This document shows positions 34,836 to 44,016 of a DNA stretch of 54,140 bases, piece after piece. Within the stretch, counting starts at the first letter, position 1; every line of letters begins with the position of its first letter. The translations under genes were made by a program, and so were the position numbers. The notes beneath the pieces were generated by a model. It was not told the DNA's origin. It worked only from the letters and a program-made list of their open reading frames with translations, and did not search any database. The DNA is from a virus (taxonomy: Duplodnaviria > Caudoviricetes). Location of the stretch: positions 1-54,140 of IMG/VR virus record IMGVR_UViG_3300031954_000008, one strand, 5' to 3'.

Positions 34836-35411
34836 CCTAACTCCGTTCCGGTAGCTCGTCGGACCCTAGCGATACGGTAACCCCGGCGACGAGCTAGGAG
34901 GTAGCCGGATGGCCAGGATTTGGCCAGGGACCAACGAGAACGGCTCCGGTGGGTAGGCGTACCGGCGCACCTAAAACAGCTGGTTACGCGCCACCAGGCC
35001 GGATCAGCCCGAACCGGGCCGATTAGGAGTAGCGTCAGACCTGGTCAGAGGGTATAGTCAGACCTACCGGCGAAGCCGGGACCAACTAAATACCGCGAAG
35101 CTGGTAAGGGAGATAGACCGCGCGTGAGAGGCGCGGAGATGGCTAGCCCGAACCGGAACTGTTACCCGGCGGCCTAAAGCAATGGGGATCGCGTACCTAG
35201 TACGGCGCGGGCGGTAGGTTTAGATGGTCTAGTTAATAAGGCGCGAGAGAGGACTACGGCGACCATGGCCGTAGGGACCCAGACGCGCCGAAATCCTATT
35301 CTATGGTTGTTGTTGGGGCAACGAAAGTTGCTGATTCCGTAGTGGTTTCGCCACTGCGGTTTCAGGGGCAGTTGTTGCTGACTCCAAAACCCAATAACCG
35401 AAAGGGAATTC
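34836..35411. promoter_or_regulatory. Divergent non-coding control region between nrdH and the early operon
   Basis: No credible ORF. Contains TAnnnT -10 candidates (TATAGT 35053-35058, TATTCT 35297-35302), repeated AGCCCGAACCGG boxes and the first leader element. Confidence 0.6.
35318..35411 (+). repeat. Hairpin + leader element, copy 1
   Basis: GC-stem-GG hairpin followed by CCAAAACCCAATAACCGAAAGGGAATTC-ATG. Confidence 0.85.
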
Positions 35412-35741
35412 ATGAGTAAGCTAAAAGATGGTGACCTGGTTCGCGTGGTGTCTGTGACTGACGTCGATGAGGAGATTGGTTCTCCGAAGCGAGTGGTTAC
35501 TGATCCGACGAATAAGGACACCTTCGACTGGACGGACACGGGTCGTAGCTTTATCGGGCAGATCGGGCGCGTGATGAGCGCGACGTTGAACGATTACTAC
35601 GATGTTGAGGTCTGGTTTGAGTGGATGGACGTGTACGAAGCCGCGTGTTTCAAGTATCCCGACGTTGAGTTAGTCGAACGTCCTGATGCGCCACTTGGTG
35701 TTTCGGAAACACGCGAAGCGATTGAGAGGCTGTCGAAATGA
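35412..35741 (+). CDS. Hypothetical early protein (SH3/KOW-like start LKDGDLVRV)
   Basis: 109 aa directly after the leader repeat. Confidence 0.75.
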   Translation: MSKLKDGDLVRVVSVTDVDEEIGSPKRVVTDPTNKDTFDWTDTGRSFIGQIGRVMSATLNDYYDVEVWFEWMDVYEAACFKYPDVELVERPDAPLGVSETREAIERLSK

Positions 35742-36058
35742 TCTATGCGAAGGTAAAGGTGCGCAAAGTTTGGGACCCTACCGAAGCCGGAACGTACCAC
35801 GCTCCGACTAAGAAGCGTTATAGCTTTGAGCACAAAGAGATCGTGGCCGGTGGCGAAGTCCACTGGCCGGCACTAACTTTCGATCGGTTCGACACTCGTA
35901 AGGATGCCCTGAAAGCTGCGGAGCAACGCGGCTGGAAGGTGGTTAAGACTTGGGATGAGGCGATTGCCGACGCTGGGTTGTACTCGCACGATGGGTACTA
36001 CCACAGCGCGACGAACTGCCCTTGCCCGAGTCAGTGGTGTTTGAACCACACCGCGTAA
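35738..36058 (+). CDS. Hypothetical early protein
   Basis: ATGA overlap; His/Cys-rich C-terminus. Confidence 0.7.
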   Translation: MIYAKVKVRKVWDPTEAGTYHAPTKKRYSFEHKEIVAGGEVHWPALTFDRFDTRKDALKAAEQRGWKVVKTWDEAIADAGLYSHDGYYHSATNCPCPSQWCLNHTA

Positions 36059-36146
36059 GTTGCGGCGGGTCAACGGGTTTCCCGTTGGCCCTGCGGAGCG
36101 AAGCGCGAGCTTTTAACCAAAAACCAACAACCGAAAGGGAATTGAG
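36059..36146 (+). repeat. Hairpin + leader element, copy 2
   Basis: GCGGCGGG-stem-CCTGCGG then AAAACCAACAACCGAAAGGG. Confidence 0.9.
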
Positions 36147-36791
36147 ATGACGATGGCGACAAAGGAACAAAAGCTGGCTTCTCCGAAGCAGCTGAAGTGG
36201 CTGAAGAGCCTGATCCAGCGCGAGTGGGTTAACTTCGACCCGAAGCACCATCCGCGTTTGGAGCAGATCAAGGCCGCGTTCGCCGTTTGCGATGAGCAGG
36301 ACTACGAACCGGAAATGGTCAATATCCTTCTCGCGTCGCAGGACCAAAAGCAGATCACGATGGCTGGGTTTGACTTCCTGCTGGAGAGGCTGAAAGACGC
36401 ACCACTGCCGAAAGGCGTTGCGGCTGAAGCTGCCCCGGCTGAGGCGTTGCCCTGGCCCGACGTATCGGTGCTGCCCGAAGGGCGGTACGGAATACCGACT
36501 GAAGAGGGCGCGATCAATGAGACCGCGTTCTACAAAGTGGACCGCCCGACCGAAGGCAAGTGGGCCGGTTACGTTTTCGTGAAGCTGATGGTTAGCGACT
36601 ACGAGAAGCGGTTGGCGATGGGGACGCAGAAAGCGGTCGCAAACAAAATCGCGGAGTACGGCGCAGCTAAGGCAAGTGCGTTGTACGGCAAGGAGTTCAA
36701 GCAGTGCGGCGTTTGCGGACGCGGCCTGACCAACGACTTGAGCCGTGAAATCGGTATCGGTCCTGACTGCCGTGCGAAGTACGGCTGGTGA
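36147..36791 (+). CDS. DUF6011-like zinc-finger protein
   Basis: C-terminal CGVCGRGLT...SREIGIGPDC; N-terminal ASPKQL motif. Confidence 0.75.
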   Translation: MTMATKEQKLASPKQLKWLKSLIQREWVNFDPKHHPRLEQIKAAFAVCDEQDYEPEMVNILLASQDQKQITMAGFDFLLERLKDAPLPKGVAAEAAPAEALPWPDVSVLPEGRYGIPTEEGAINETAFYKVDRPTEGKWAGYVFVKLMVSDYEKRLAMGTQKAVANKIAEYGAAKASALYGKEFKQCGVCGRGLTNDLSREIGIGPDCRAKYGW

Positions 36792-36877
36792 GAACGCGGC
36801 GGGTGCTGGGGCTTAGGCCCCAGCATCCTGCGGGTATCTCTACCAACCCAAAACCCAACAACCGAAAGGGAATTGCG
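36790..36877 (+). repeat. Hairpin + leader element, copy 3
   Basis: GCGGCGGG-stem-CCTGCGG then CCAAAACCCAACAACCGAAAGGG. Confidence 0.9.
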
Positions 36878-37102
36878 ATGTACAAGGTAACTGGGACTGT
36901 TCCTACTCCCCACTTCGATCCTGACAACCCGGTGTTTACCCACCACGAGAGCACGATGCCGAAGGGTAAGCCGTACCGGAATGGCACTGCCGGCCGCAAG
37001 GTTAGCGTTACGACCGAAAGCAAGAAGCGCGCCAACGAGCTGTCGGTGTCCATGGCGTCTAAGGGCTTGTTCCTGGACGTAACGATTGAAGAGACCAAGT
37101 AA
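36878..37102 (+). CDS. Hypothetical early protein (74 aa)
   Basis: ATG directly after the leader repeat. Confidence 0.75.
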   Translation: MYKVTGTVPTPHFDPDNPVFTHHESTMPKGKPYRNGTAGRKVSVTTESKKRANELSVSMASKGLFLDVTIEETK

Positions 37103-37105
37103 ATC

Positions 37106-37189
37106 GACTGAAAGTGCGGCGGGTACACCGGGTTTCCGGTGTGCCCTGCGGACTAGTCAGTCCAAAACCCAACAACCGAAAGGGATATT
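37106..37189 (+). repeat. Hairpin + leader element, copy 4
   Basis: Outer GACTGA/TCAGTC pairing, GCGGCGGG...CCTGCGG, then the leader. Confidence 0.9.
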
Positions 37190-38203
37190 ATGGCAACGAA
37201 AGATCAGGCGATCCAAAGGGTCATGAAGCTCTTGGCGCTGGCTGCCGACGAGAACGCTACCGAAGCGGAGCGCGAATTGGCTGCCCAGAACGCAGAGAAC
37301 CTCATGGCCCAACACATGATCGACCGATTCAATGACCTGAAAGACCTTGGGTCTCAGGCCAAAACGAAGCCAATCAAGGACACCTGGACCGTGACCTTGG
37401 GTAGGGAGAACCGCGAGTTCAATAGCGCGGTACGCTCCCTGATCATTGCGATCTTGAAGCACAACAACATTCGCTTCTACCCAAGGCTGGCGTGGGGTAC
37501 TGATGAGAACGGGCACACCGACTACGACACCGAAGTCTGGACGATAGTCGGTTATCCCGAAGACATCGCCTACGCCGAAGCGATTTGGTTTCGGGTGTTT
37601 CGTGAGTTCGTGATGAGCGTTAACCCAAGCTGGAATGCTTCACAGTCCTTGGGCTACAATCTGTTTCACCTCACACGGGCTGGTCTCAAGTGGAACGAAA
37701 TCTGGAAGATTGCGTACCGTAACGGTGCGGATGTTCCTGACCCGGCCACTAACAGCTACTCCGCTAACTCTCCGTCCATGCTCAAGCGCGAAGTCAAGAA
37801 GTACATGCGCGAAGCTGGGCTGGGGGACTACACGCCACATACTCAGCGGCACAAGGCTTATCGCTCCAGCTTCGCAGAGTCCTTCGCGGGCACCATCTCT
37901 CAGCGGCTCCGTACTATGCGGGCCGCAGCGGAGAAGGTTACCGTGGGCGACTTACTGCCGGCGCTACGGAGCACGGCTAAGTACGTCGATGAGGAGTTTG
38001 AGCGGTTGTTCGGCGACGAGATACGGAAGATGATGGCTGAGGACGCAGCTTACCGAGCGAAGCTGCCCCGACGCCGTTACCGGATCAAGGCAAGCGACAA
38101 CTACGACGAAACGGCGTGGGAGCGCGGTAACGCTGCCGCTCAAAAAGTCAACCTCAGGGCTGACGGCGAAGTTCGCCACCGGAAAGCTGGTGAGCTTCAA
38201 TAA
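37190..38203 (+). CDS. DUF2786-domain protein
   Basis: N-terminal RVMKLLALA...ATEAERELA...AENLMAQH pattern. Confidence 0.75.
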   Translation: MATKDQAIQRVMKLLALAADENATEAERELAAQNAENLMAQHMIDRFNDLKDLGSQAKTKPIKDTWTVTLGRENREFNSAVRSLIIAILKHNNIRFYPRLAWGTDENGHTDYDTEVWTIVGYPEDIAYAEAIWFRVFREFVMSVNPSWNASQSLGYNLFHLTRAGLKWNEIWKIAYRNGADVPDPATNSYSANSPSMLKREVKKYMREAGLGDYTPHTQRHKAYRSSFAESFAGTISQRLRTMRAAAEKVTVGDLLPALRSTAKYVDEEFERLFGDEIRKMMAEDAAYRAKLPRRRYRIKASDNYDETAWERGNAAAQKVNLRADGEVRHRKAGELQ

Positions 38204-38290
38204 CTTCCGAGTGAATATGCTGGGTGCCCTGCGGCTACGGTCGCAGGGTATCCAGGGTATAACACCCAAAACCCAACAACCGAAAGGGAA
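38204..38290 (+). repeat. Hairpin + leader element, copy 5
   Basis: 16-bp stem with TACG loop and GxG base mismatch, then the leader. Confidence 0.88.
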
Positions 38291-38530
38291 ATGATGAAGG
38301 TAACGATGATGTTCCAGGGTAACCTGGGGTATGGTCCTGACCAAGTCAATGGAATGTCGCTTGAAGAGCTCAAAGAAGCTGTCGAGATGGCGATTTGCGA
38401 CTACGGCGAAGATGCCGAAGTCGTACTTGAGCAGACGAACAATGGCCACGGTGCGAACTTTGGCAAGCTGTATTCATTCAGCGAATTGTTCCAAGCGGCT
38501 GATGAGGATGAGGATGAGGTGGACGAATGA
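38291..38530 (+). CDS. Small acidic hypothetical protein
   Basis: 79 aa after the leader; acidic C-terminus. Confidence 0.75.
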   Translation: MMKVTMMFQGNLGYGPDQVNGMSLEELKEAVEMAICDYGEDAEVVLEQTNNGHGANFGKLYSFSELFQAADEDEDEVDE

Positions 38531-39177
38531 AACGATTGCTGTTGGCAGTCGGGATAATGGCGGCGTTCTTGGCCGTCTGTATCGCGTTCTCGCCCAACAA
38601 TAAATCCAGCACGAACGTGCCGCCGTTACAGCCGATACCGTCAACAAAGACGGTAACGGTTACGGCGACAACGAATCTAGATACACCAAGTCCTAACGGG
38701 AATTGCTGGAACGATGCAGCAGGGCCAGGGTGCGGAACCACAACGGCGCCAACGACTACCGTTGCGCCGACTGGGCCGTGCGGTTACACGATAGGTTGTC
38801 AGGAGACAGTTCCTGGCGTACCTATGGTGCCGCCTGGTGGAACGCTACCGACTACATCGTGGGGACCAGATCAGTACCAGCAGTACTTCTGCGACCACAT
38901 GAACCCGAAGCCACCCGGCTGTCCGGCTACTACGGTGCCTGGCGTACCGGGCGCGATACCGGGCCAAGTCGTGAGCTACAAGACCGCTCCGTATTCCTGT
39001 GACGGGCAATATAACCCGCCACCGGGAGCGATTTGCGCCGGTGCTACTCCGTGCTGGCTGCAAGACCCAAACTGCTCGACTACGCCTGGCGTACCGGGTA
39101 CTTGGGGACCAGGTGGGTACACCCCACCTTGCTATGGTCAATCGTGGTGCGGCGGCAGACGTTCACCCGGCTACTGA
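38527..39177 (+). CDS. Membrane-anchored or secreted Cys/Pro/Thr-rich protein
   Basis: N-terminal hydrophobic helix; about 12 Cys; TVPGVP and WGP repeats. Confidence 0.7.
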   Translation: MKRLLLAVGIMAAFLAVCIAFSPNNKSSTNVPPLQPIPSTKTVTVTATTNLDTPSPNGNCWNDAAGPGCGTTTAPTTTVAPTGPCGYTIGCQETVPGVPMVPPGGTLPTTSWGPDQYQQYFCDHMNPKPPGCPATTVPGVPGAIPGQVVSYKTAPYSCDGQYNPPPGAICAGATPCWLQDPNCSTTPGVPGTWGPGGYTPPCYGQSWCGGRRSPGY

Positions 39178-39258
39178 GCGAAAGCGCGGCGGGCGCAAGG
39201 GCTTTGGTCCTTGCGTCCTGCGGGCTAATCGCCCAACCCAACAACCGAAAGGGAAGAT
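39177..39258 (+). repeat. Hairpin + leader element, copy 6
   Basis: GCGGCGGG-stem-CCTGCGG then CCCAACAACCGAAAGGG. Confidence 0.9.
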
Positions 39259-39435
39259 ATGTGGATGAAACACGCCATGCGTGATGAGGCTGGTGGCTTG
39301 GTTGAAACTGAGCCGACAGCGGATTACGTAGGCAGACACCGACTTTGGGAATCGACGCATAACAGCAGCGGTGACCAGGTGTACATGGGCTGCCCAGCCT
39401 GTGTTTCGGAACTACACGAAATGGATGTGAAATGA
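39259..39435 (+). CDS. Small hypothetical protein (58 aa, not in the ORF track)
   Basis: ATG after the leader; MWMKHAMRDE...CPAC...DVK*; ATGA overlap with the next gene. Confidence 0.7.
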   Translation: MWMKHAMRDEAGGLVETEPTADYVGRHRLWESTHNSSGDQVYMGCPACVSELHEMDVK

Positions 39436-39917
39436 CCACGACGATGACAGACGACCGCAAGCGGTTTCTCCTGTACATGTTCACGACCGCTCTGGAGGGC
39501 GGAATTGGATATTGGTCTGTCGCTGAGGAATACCACTGGGCCAACGACAAGGCCGGTGGCGATCCAGCAGGCGACATCAATGGCTTCTTTGCGGTGTTAT
39601 CGGCTAACGATGACGATGGCAACTGGGGCGTCGATAAGGCATACCAGCCGCGGATTGCCGGCGACCCAATCAAACTCGACTGCGGCGCAGGCGAATTGAC
39701 CGTTGACCTGAAAGTTATGGAACGCGGCATGAACCTGTTCGTAGACAAGGTGATTGAAGCTACTAAGTCAGAGGACCCAGACGCACCGTTCAGCCGGAAG
39801 TATCTCCGGCAAGCCGTTACCCAATGGCTATCGAACGGCGAAGATGGAGACTCCGACGCGGATGTCGCAGACCTCGTGGTTCAGCTGGGCCTGTTTGGTG
39901 AGGTGGTGTACTGCTGA
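39432..39917 (+). CDS. Hypothetical protein
   Basis: 161 aa; ALEGGIGYW...DADVADLVVQLGLFGEVVY motif familiar from other phages. Confidence 0.75.
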   Translation: MTTTMTDDRKRFLLYMFTTALEGGIGYWSVAEEYHWANDKAGGDPAGDINGFFAVLSANDDDGNWGVDKAYQPRIAGDPIKLDCGAGELTVDLKVMERGMNLFVDKVIEATKSEDPDAPFSRKYLRQAVTQWLSNGEDGDSDADVADLVVQLGLFGEVVYC

Positions 39918-40105
39918 TGTACGTCGAATTTCCAGGCGGCACAAGACATCCTGATGGCTATATCGCTCCGTGCGAGATAGTCAAGCGGATACCGGGGTGG
40001 GCCAAAGTACGGCTTGCCCCGGCTCCACCGCACAATAACCACTCCTGGTCTCAATGGGTAAGGGAGAGCCAGCTTTTGACAGATTCGGAAGTCGAAGCGG
40101 GCTAG
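39917..40105 (+). CDS. Small hypothetical protein
   Basis: 62 aa; TGATG overlap. Confidence 0.6.
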   Translation: MYVEFPGGTRHPDGYIAPCEIVKRIPGWAKVRLAPAPPHNNHSWSQWVRESQLLTDSEVEAG

Positions 40106-40127
40106 CCCGAACCGGGCTAAGAGAGTA

Positions 40128-40223
40128 AGCTAAGGACCGTGCTAGGTGGCTATCGGGTGGCTCCCGGTAGCTATCTAGGGTGTCGTCTTAGCACCCGAAA
40201 ACACAACAACCGAAAGGGAATTC
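40128..40223 (+). repeat. Hairpin + leader element, copy 7
   Basis: Outer GCTAAGGA/TCTTAGC pairing, 16-bp inner stem, then ACAACAACCGAAAGGG. Confidence 0.85.
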
Positions 40224-40823
40224 ATGATGGAGAGGGTTATTCGTAACCCAAGTGGATACAGGTCTCATGGCTCTACAGCCATGGACAAGGCCGCTCACTT
40301 TGGCGACTACGCGAAAGCGTACGGCTGGAAGGGCGGTTGGACCACTACCGACGGCATGCTCAATCTACAAGCGAGCCGTGGGGACAACGAAACCATGAGC
40401 ATCTCGTGGAATGAGGAGACTGGTAAGTTCATCGAAGCAGTCTACACCCTGGCAGGCGATAGCATCAAGTGCCAGAACGTATCTGCGGCCGCCAACATCG
40501 CGGCTAAACCGCCGAGCGCCGAGCGGCTTAAGACGGCTGTGCGGAAACGTACGCCCGATAAAGTCGAGGCAGCAGCGGAAACCATTGCAGCAGTACAGGG
40601 TACGTTGCCTTTTGATCACGAATCTAGCGATGAAGAGGTCAAGGCAGTACTCAACAACAAGAGCATCGTCTGGGTCAACCGGATTAGCGGAGCGTTGAGC
40701 TCAGCGCTGGTTGGCGGGAAGATGTTCCGCGTTGTCAACAATGGTGCGCCGCGCCAAATTTCGTTTTGCGATAACTACGGCTACCACGCCGTGTATCTGG
40801 ATTCGATTGTGAGCGTTGGCTAA
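40224..40823 (+). CDS. Hypothetical protein
   Basis: 199 aa after the leader repeat. Confidence 0.75.
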   Translation: MMERVIRNPSGYRSHGSTAMDKAAHFGDYAKAYGWKGGWTTTDGMLNLQASRGDNETMSISWNEETGKFIEAVYTLAGDSIKCQNVSAAANIAAKPPSAERLKTAVRKRTPDKVEAAAETIAAVQGTLPFDHESSDEEVKAVLNNKSIVWVNRISGALSSALVGGKMFRVVNNGAPRQISFCDNYGYHAVYLDSIVSVG

Positions 40824-42769
40824 TGGCTAAGAAGCGACTGTGGGCTATCGGCCTAGACGATGACTGCATCTGGATCATGACTGACCGTTACGATCCTGAC
40901 GCGAATGCCGCTCTGAAAGCGTACCTGCCTGGCCCTGCTAGGTGGAACCGCGATAAGGCGCGCTGGCAGTTTCCTATCCACTGGGACTCGTGTACTGGAG
41001 CACGTAAGGTAGCCAACAAGTTTGGCGCTGATCTGAAAATGACAGCGGCGCTAGTCGAGTGGGCTACTCACGAGAAGTCGCACCAGGACACGATACCGGA
41101 TGTACAATCCATGGATCTTGTTGACCTGCCACGTGTTCGAGAGCACGCGCCGGACATCTGGAAGATTATGTCGGAAGGCATTCCTGAATTGGGTTACCCG
41201 CCAAGGCCATACCAAACGGTAGGCGCGGCGTTCGCGGCACGGAACCGTTCGTGCTTGATCGCTGACCAACCGGGCCTGGGTAAGACCATTCAGACCATCG
41301 CGGCGATAGTGGAGGCTGATATTAGTGGCCCCATCCTCGTCGTAGCGCCGAAAGCAGCGGTTCAGTTAACCTGGCCGCAGGAGCTAAAGCGTTGGTTGCC
41401 AACGGATAACGTGATCACTCTTGACTCCAAGCTGAGTCCGAGTGGTCGCGTGGAAGCTGTCAAGGCAGCGCTGGCTACCGTCGAACACGGCGGCAAGCGG
41501 TGCTGGCTGATTACTTCGCCCAACTACGTTCGCATTCGTGCGAAGGTGGATGAGTACGGTAATTACGAGAAGGTCAACGGCGAGAAGGTCATTCACGCCG
41601 TACGTGAAACGGTTCTTGAGCTGTTTGGTGTCGAGTGGTCCGCCATCGTGGTGGACGAGTCACACCAGACGTTAGCGGGAGCCACCGGCAACAAGAAGAA
41701 GCAGAGCGCGCAACGGCTTGGCCTGGGCGCGTTGAACGTCCGTAAGGATGGTCTGCGAATTGCGTTGTCGGGCACGCCTTTCCGTGGCAAGGAATACTAC
41801 CTGTGGGGTCAGCTGAACTGGTTGCGGCCGGATAACTACCGGAGCTACTGGAACTGGATCAAGCGACACTTCAACACGTGGCACGATGGCTACGGGCAGC
41901 AAATCGGAAAGATGATCGACGCCGAAGCGATGTATGATGAGGCTCGCAACGTTATGATCCGTCGCACGAAAGAAGAAGTGGCAAGTGACTTGCCCGCCAA
42001 GCTATACGGCGGTTGGCCGTTGATACCTGGTGGGCCGGTTGCGGTTTGGCTGGACATGGAACCGAAGCAGGCAGCTGCTTACGAGTCTATGGTCAAGAAG
42101 GCTGAAGCTGATCTGGAGGGCGGCACGCTCGTAACGAACGGTATCTTGGCGGAGCTAACCCGGTTGAAGCAATTCGCCGGTAGCTACGGCATGATGGCCG
42201 GTGAGCAGTTCATCCCGACGTTACCCAGTAACAAGTTCGACTGGTTGCTGGAGATGCTGGATGAGCGCGGTATCGACGGTGAGTTGGCGGGTCTACCTTA
42301 CGACGAGCGCGTGGGTGTGCCCAAAGTGGTTGTGTCCTCCCAATTCTCGCAGCTGATCAATGCCTTTGCGAAAGGGCTGGGCGAGAAGGGAATCAAGGCT
42401 CACGTATTCACTGGTGATACGTCGGATAAGAAGCGCGAAGACATCAAGTCGGATTGGCAAGAGAATCTAACGAGTGACACCCGCGTACTGCTTCTTACTA
42501 CGACCGCTGGCGGTGTCTCGCTTACGCTGGACGCTGCCGACGAGCTTGTGCTACTGGATGAAACCTGGAACACGAGCGATCAAGAGCAGGTGGAAGATAG
42601 GCTCCACCGGCTATCCCGTATCCACCAAGTTGTGATCTGGAAGGTGTTCTCTCGCGGAACGATTGAAGAGGGCATCGCAAAGGCCAACTTAGACAAGGAG
42701 GTTAGCATCAAGTCAATCATAGATGGGCAGCGCGGCGTGGGCTTCACTAAGGAGTTGCTTCACCCGTGA
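40823..42769 (+). CDS. SNF2-family DNA helicase
   Basis: DQPGLGKT, VVDESH, LSGTP, MIRRTK, GGVSLTL and QVEDRLHR motifs. Confidence 0.92.
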   Translation: MAKKRLWAIGLDDDCIWIMTDRYDPDANAALKAYLPGPARWNRDKARWQFPIHWDSCTGARKVANKFGADLKMTAALVEWATHEKSHQDTIPDVQSMDLVDLPRVREHAPDIWKIMSEGIPELGYPPRPYQTVGAAFAARNRSCLIADQPGLGKTIQTIAAIVEADISGPILVVAPKAAVQLTWPQELKRWLPTDNVITLDSKLSPSGRVEAVKAALATVEHGGKRCWLITSPNYVRIRAKVDEYGNYEKVNGEKVIHAVRETVLELFGVEWSAIVVDESHQTLAGATGNKKKQSAQRLGLGALNVRKDGLRIALSGTPFRGKEYYLWGQLNWLRPDNYRSYWNWIKRHFNTWHDGYGQQIGKMIDAEAMYDEARNVMIRRTKEEVASDLPAKLYGGWPLIPGGPVAVWLDMEPKQAAAYESMVKKAEADLEGGTLVTNGILAELTRLKQFAGSYGMMAGEQFIPTLPSNKFDWLLEMLDERGIDGELAGLPYDERVGVPKVVVSSQFSQLINAFAKGLGEKGIKAHVFTGDTSDKKREDIKSDWQENLTSDTRVLLLTTTAGGVSLTLDAADELVLLDETWNTSDQEQVEDRLHRLSRIHQVVIWKVFSRGTIEEGIAKANLDKEVSIKSIIDGQRGVGFTKELLHP

Positions 42770-43059
42770 CTGAAATCGCTTATGCGGCAATTGGGGCCGC
42801 GTCCATGCTCAGCTTCGCGCTGGGCCTCTGGGCGCGGCCTTTTTTGTCTCGAAATCTGTTTACGAAAGTTGTTGAGCCGCAAGAGCTTTCGGCACTGATG
42901 GATCGAATTGTCAATCAGGAAGAAGCTGAAGAGCGACGCAACGAGATACGACGGATGCTACACGACTCTGGCCGCCGTACGATGCGGCTAGATGGTGGCG
43001 CCCCGGCTAAGGTACACCGAATGCGGCGTGTCAAACGGGTACGTGGAGACCGCGAATAG
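42766..43059 (+). CDS. Small membrane protein
   Basis: N-terminal transmembrane helix; GTGA overlap; SD AAGGAG. Confidence 0.65.
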   Translation: MTEIAYAAIGAASMLSFALGLWARPFLSRNLFTKVVEPQELSALMDRIVNQEEAEERRNEIRRMLHDSGRRTMRLDGGAPAKVHRMRRVKRVRGDRE

Positions 43060-43185
43060 CACCGCAATTCTTGGCAGAAAGTGGGTAAGAAACCTGTCGA
43101 AACCTGGCTAAACTATAGACACGACCATGGTAAACGGGTAGCGTTGGCTCCGTTATCGACTTCGCCAATACGAAAGGATATGCCA

Positions 43186-43935
43186 ATGAGCGAAGCTACT
43201 ACGGCGGGAGCGACCGTAACTTATACGGACAATCTCGGCAAGCAGGTCACCAAAGAGGTCAAGCCGACAGAGGCGCATGAGTCATTCCAAAGATGGCTCG
43301 CTGCTGGAGGTTTGACCATTCCTGTCGATCACGTCGCGGCCGCAATCGTGTTGCACGGCGAGTGGCAAGGGAGCAAGGGCCGCTCAGCTGAGCGAAAGGC
43401 ATTGCGCGAGCAGCGTTATGCCAACGAGAAGGCTGCACGCGAGCAATCGCGTATCGACGCCGACAAGAAGCGCGCCGAAGCAGACCAGGCCCGCGCCGAC
43501 AAGCAGGCCGAAGCTGACAAGAAGCGTCAGGACCGCGAAGCGGAGCAGGAGAAGAAGCGCCAGGACCGCGAAGCGAAAATTGCTGAGCAGGACCAGAAGC
43601 GCGCTGACGCCGAAGCTGAGCGCGACCGCAAAGCCAAAGAGCGCGACGAGAAGCGCGAGAAGGCAGAGCAGGAGCGTGAAGAGAAGCGCCAGAAGCGCGA
43701 GCAGGAGAAGGCAGACAAGGCCGCCAAGGCCGAAGCCGACAAGGCCGCCAAGGCGGCTGAGAAGGCAGCCAAGGATGCCGAAGCTGCATCTTCCGGTGCC
43801 GACGGTGACGACTCCGGCTCTGCTCCTGTCGATGGCCAGCCTGTTGGTCGTGGTGCGTTGCAAGAGGCGAAGCGCGAAGGACGCAACCTCAAGCGCCGCA
43901 GCCCTGTTGGCCAGAGCGCCGGCAATTTCGGTTAA
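43186..43935 (+). CDS. Highly charged coiled-coil protein
   Basis: SD GAAAGGA; long E/K/R/A-rich repetitive helix. Confidence 0.75.
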   Translation: MSEATTAGATVTYTDNLGKQVTKEVKPTEAHESFQRWLAAGGLTIPVDHVAAAIVLHGEWQGSKGRSAERKALREQRYANEKAAREQSRIDADKKRAEADQARADKQAEADKKRQDREAEQEKKRQDREAKIAEQDQKRADAEAERDRKAKERDEKREKAEQEREEKRQKREQEKADKAAKAEADKAAKAAEKAAKDAEAASSGADGDDSGSAPVDGQPVGRGALQEAKREGRNLKRRSPVGQSAGNFG

Positions 43936-44016
43936 GCGTCCGAAGCCCACACAGGACTAAAACGCGGTGGGCCAGGCCCCAGCCGGAACGTGGCGAGATA
44001 CGCAACTCGCACGGCT

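Noticed and set aside
35318-35380. Hammerhead ribozyme (GAAA and CTGA present)
   Set aside because: There is no CUGAnGA core, and the stem arrangement does not fit.
36059-39258. Hairpins as intrinsic terminators
   Set aside because: Mostly no U-tract follows, and the conserved mismatch geometry is not needed for termination. U-less mycobacterial terminators cannot be fully excluded.
43259-43960. Several long overlapping ORFs on both strands
   Set aside because: By-products of low-complexity, GC-rich coiled-coil coding sequence.
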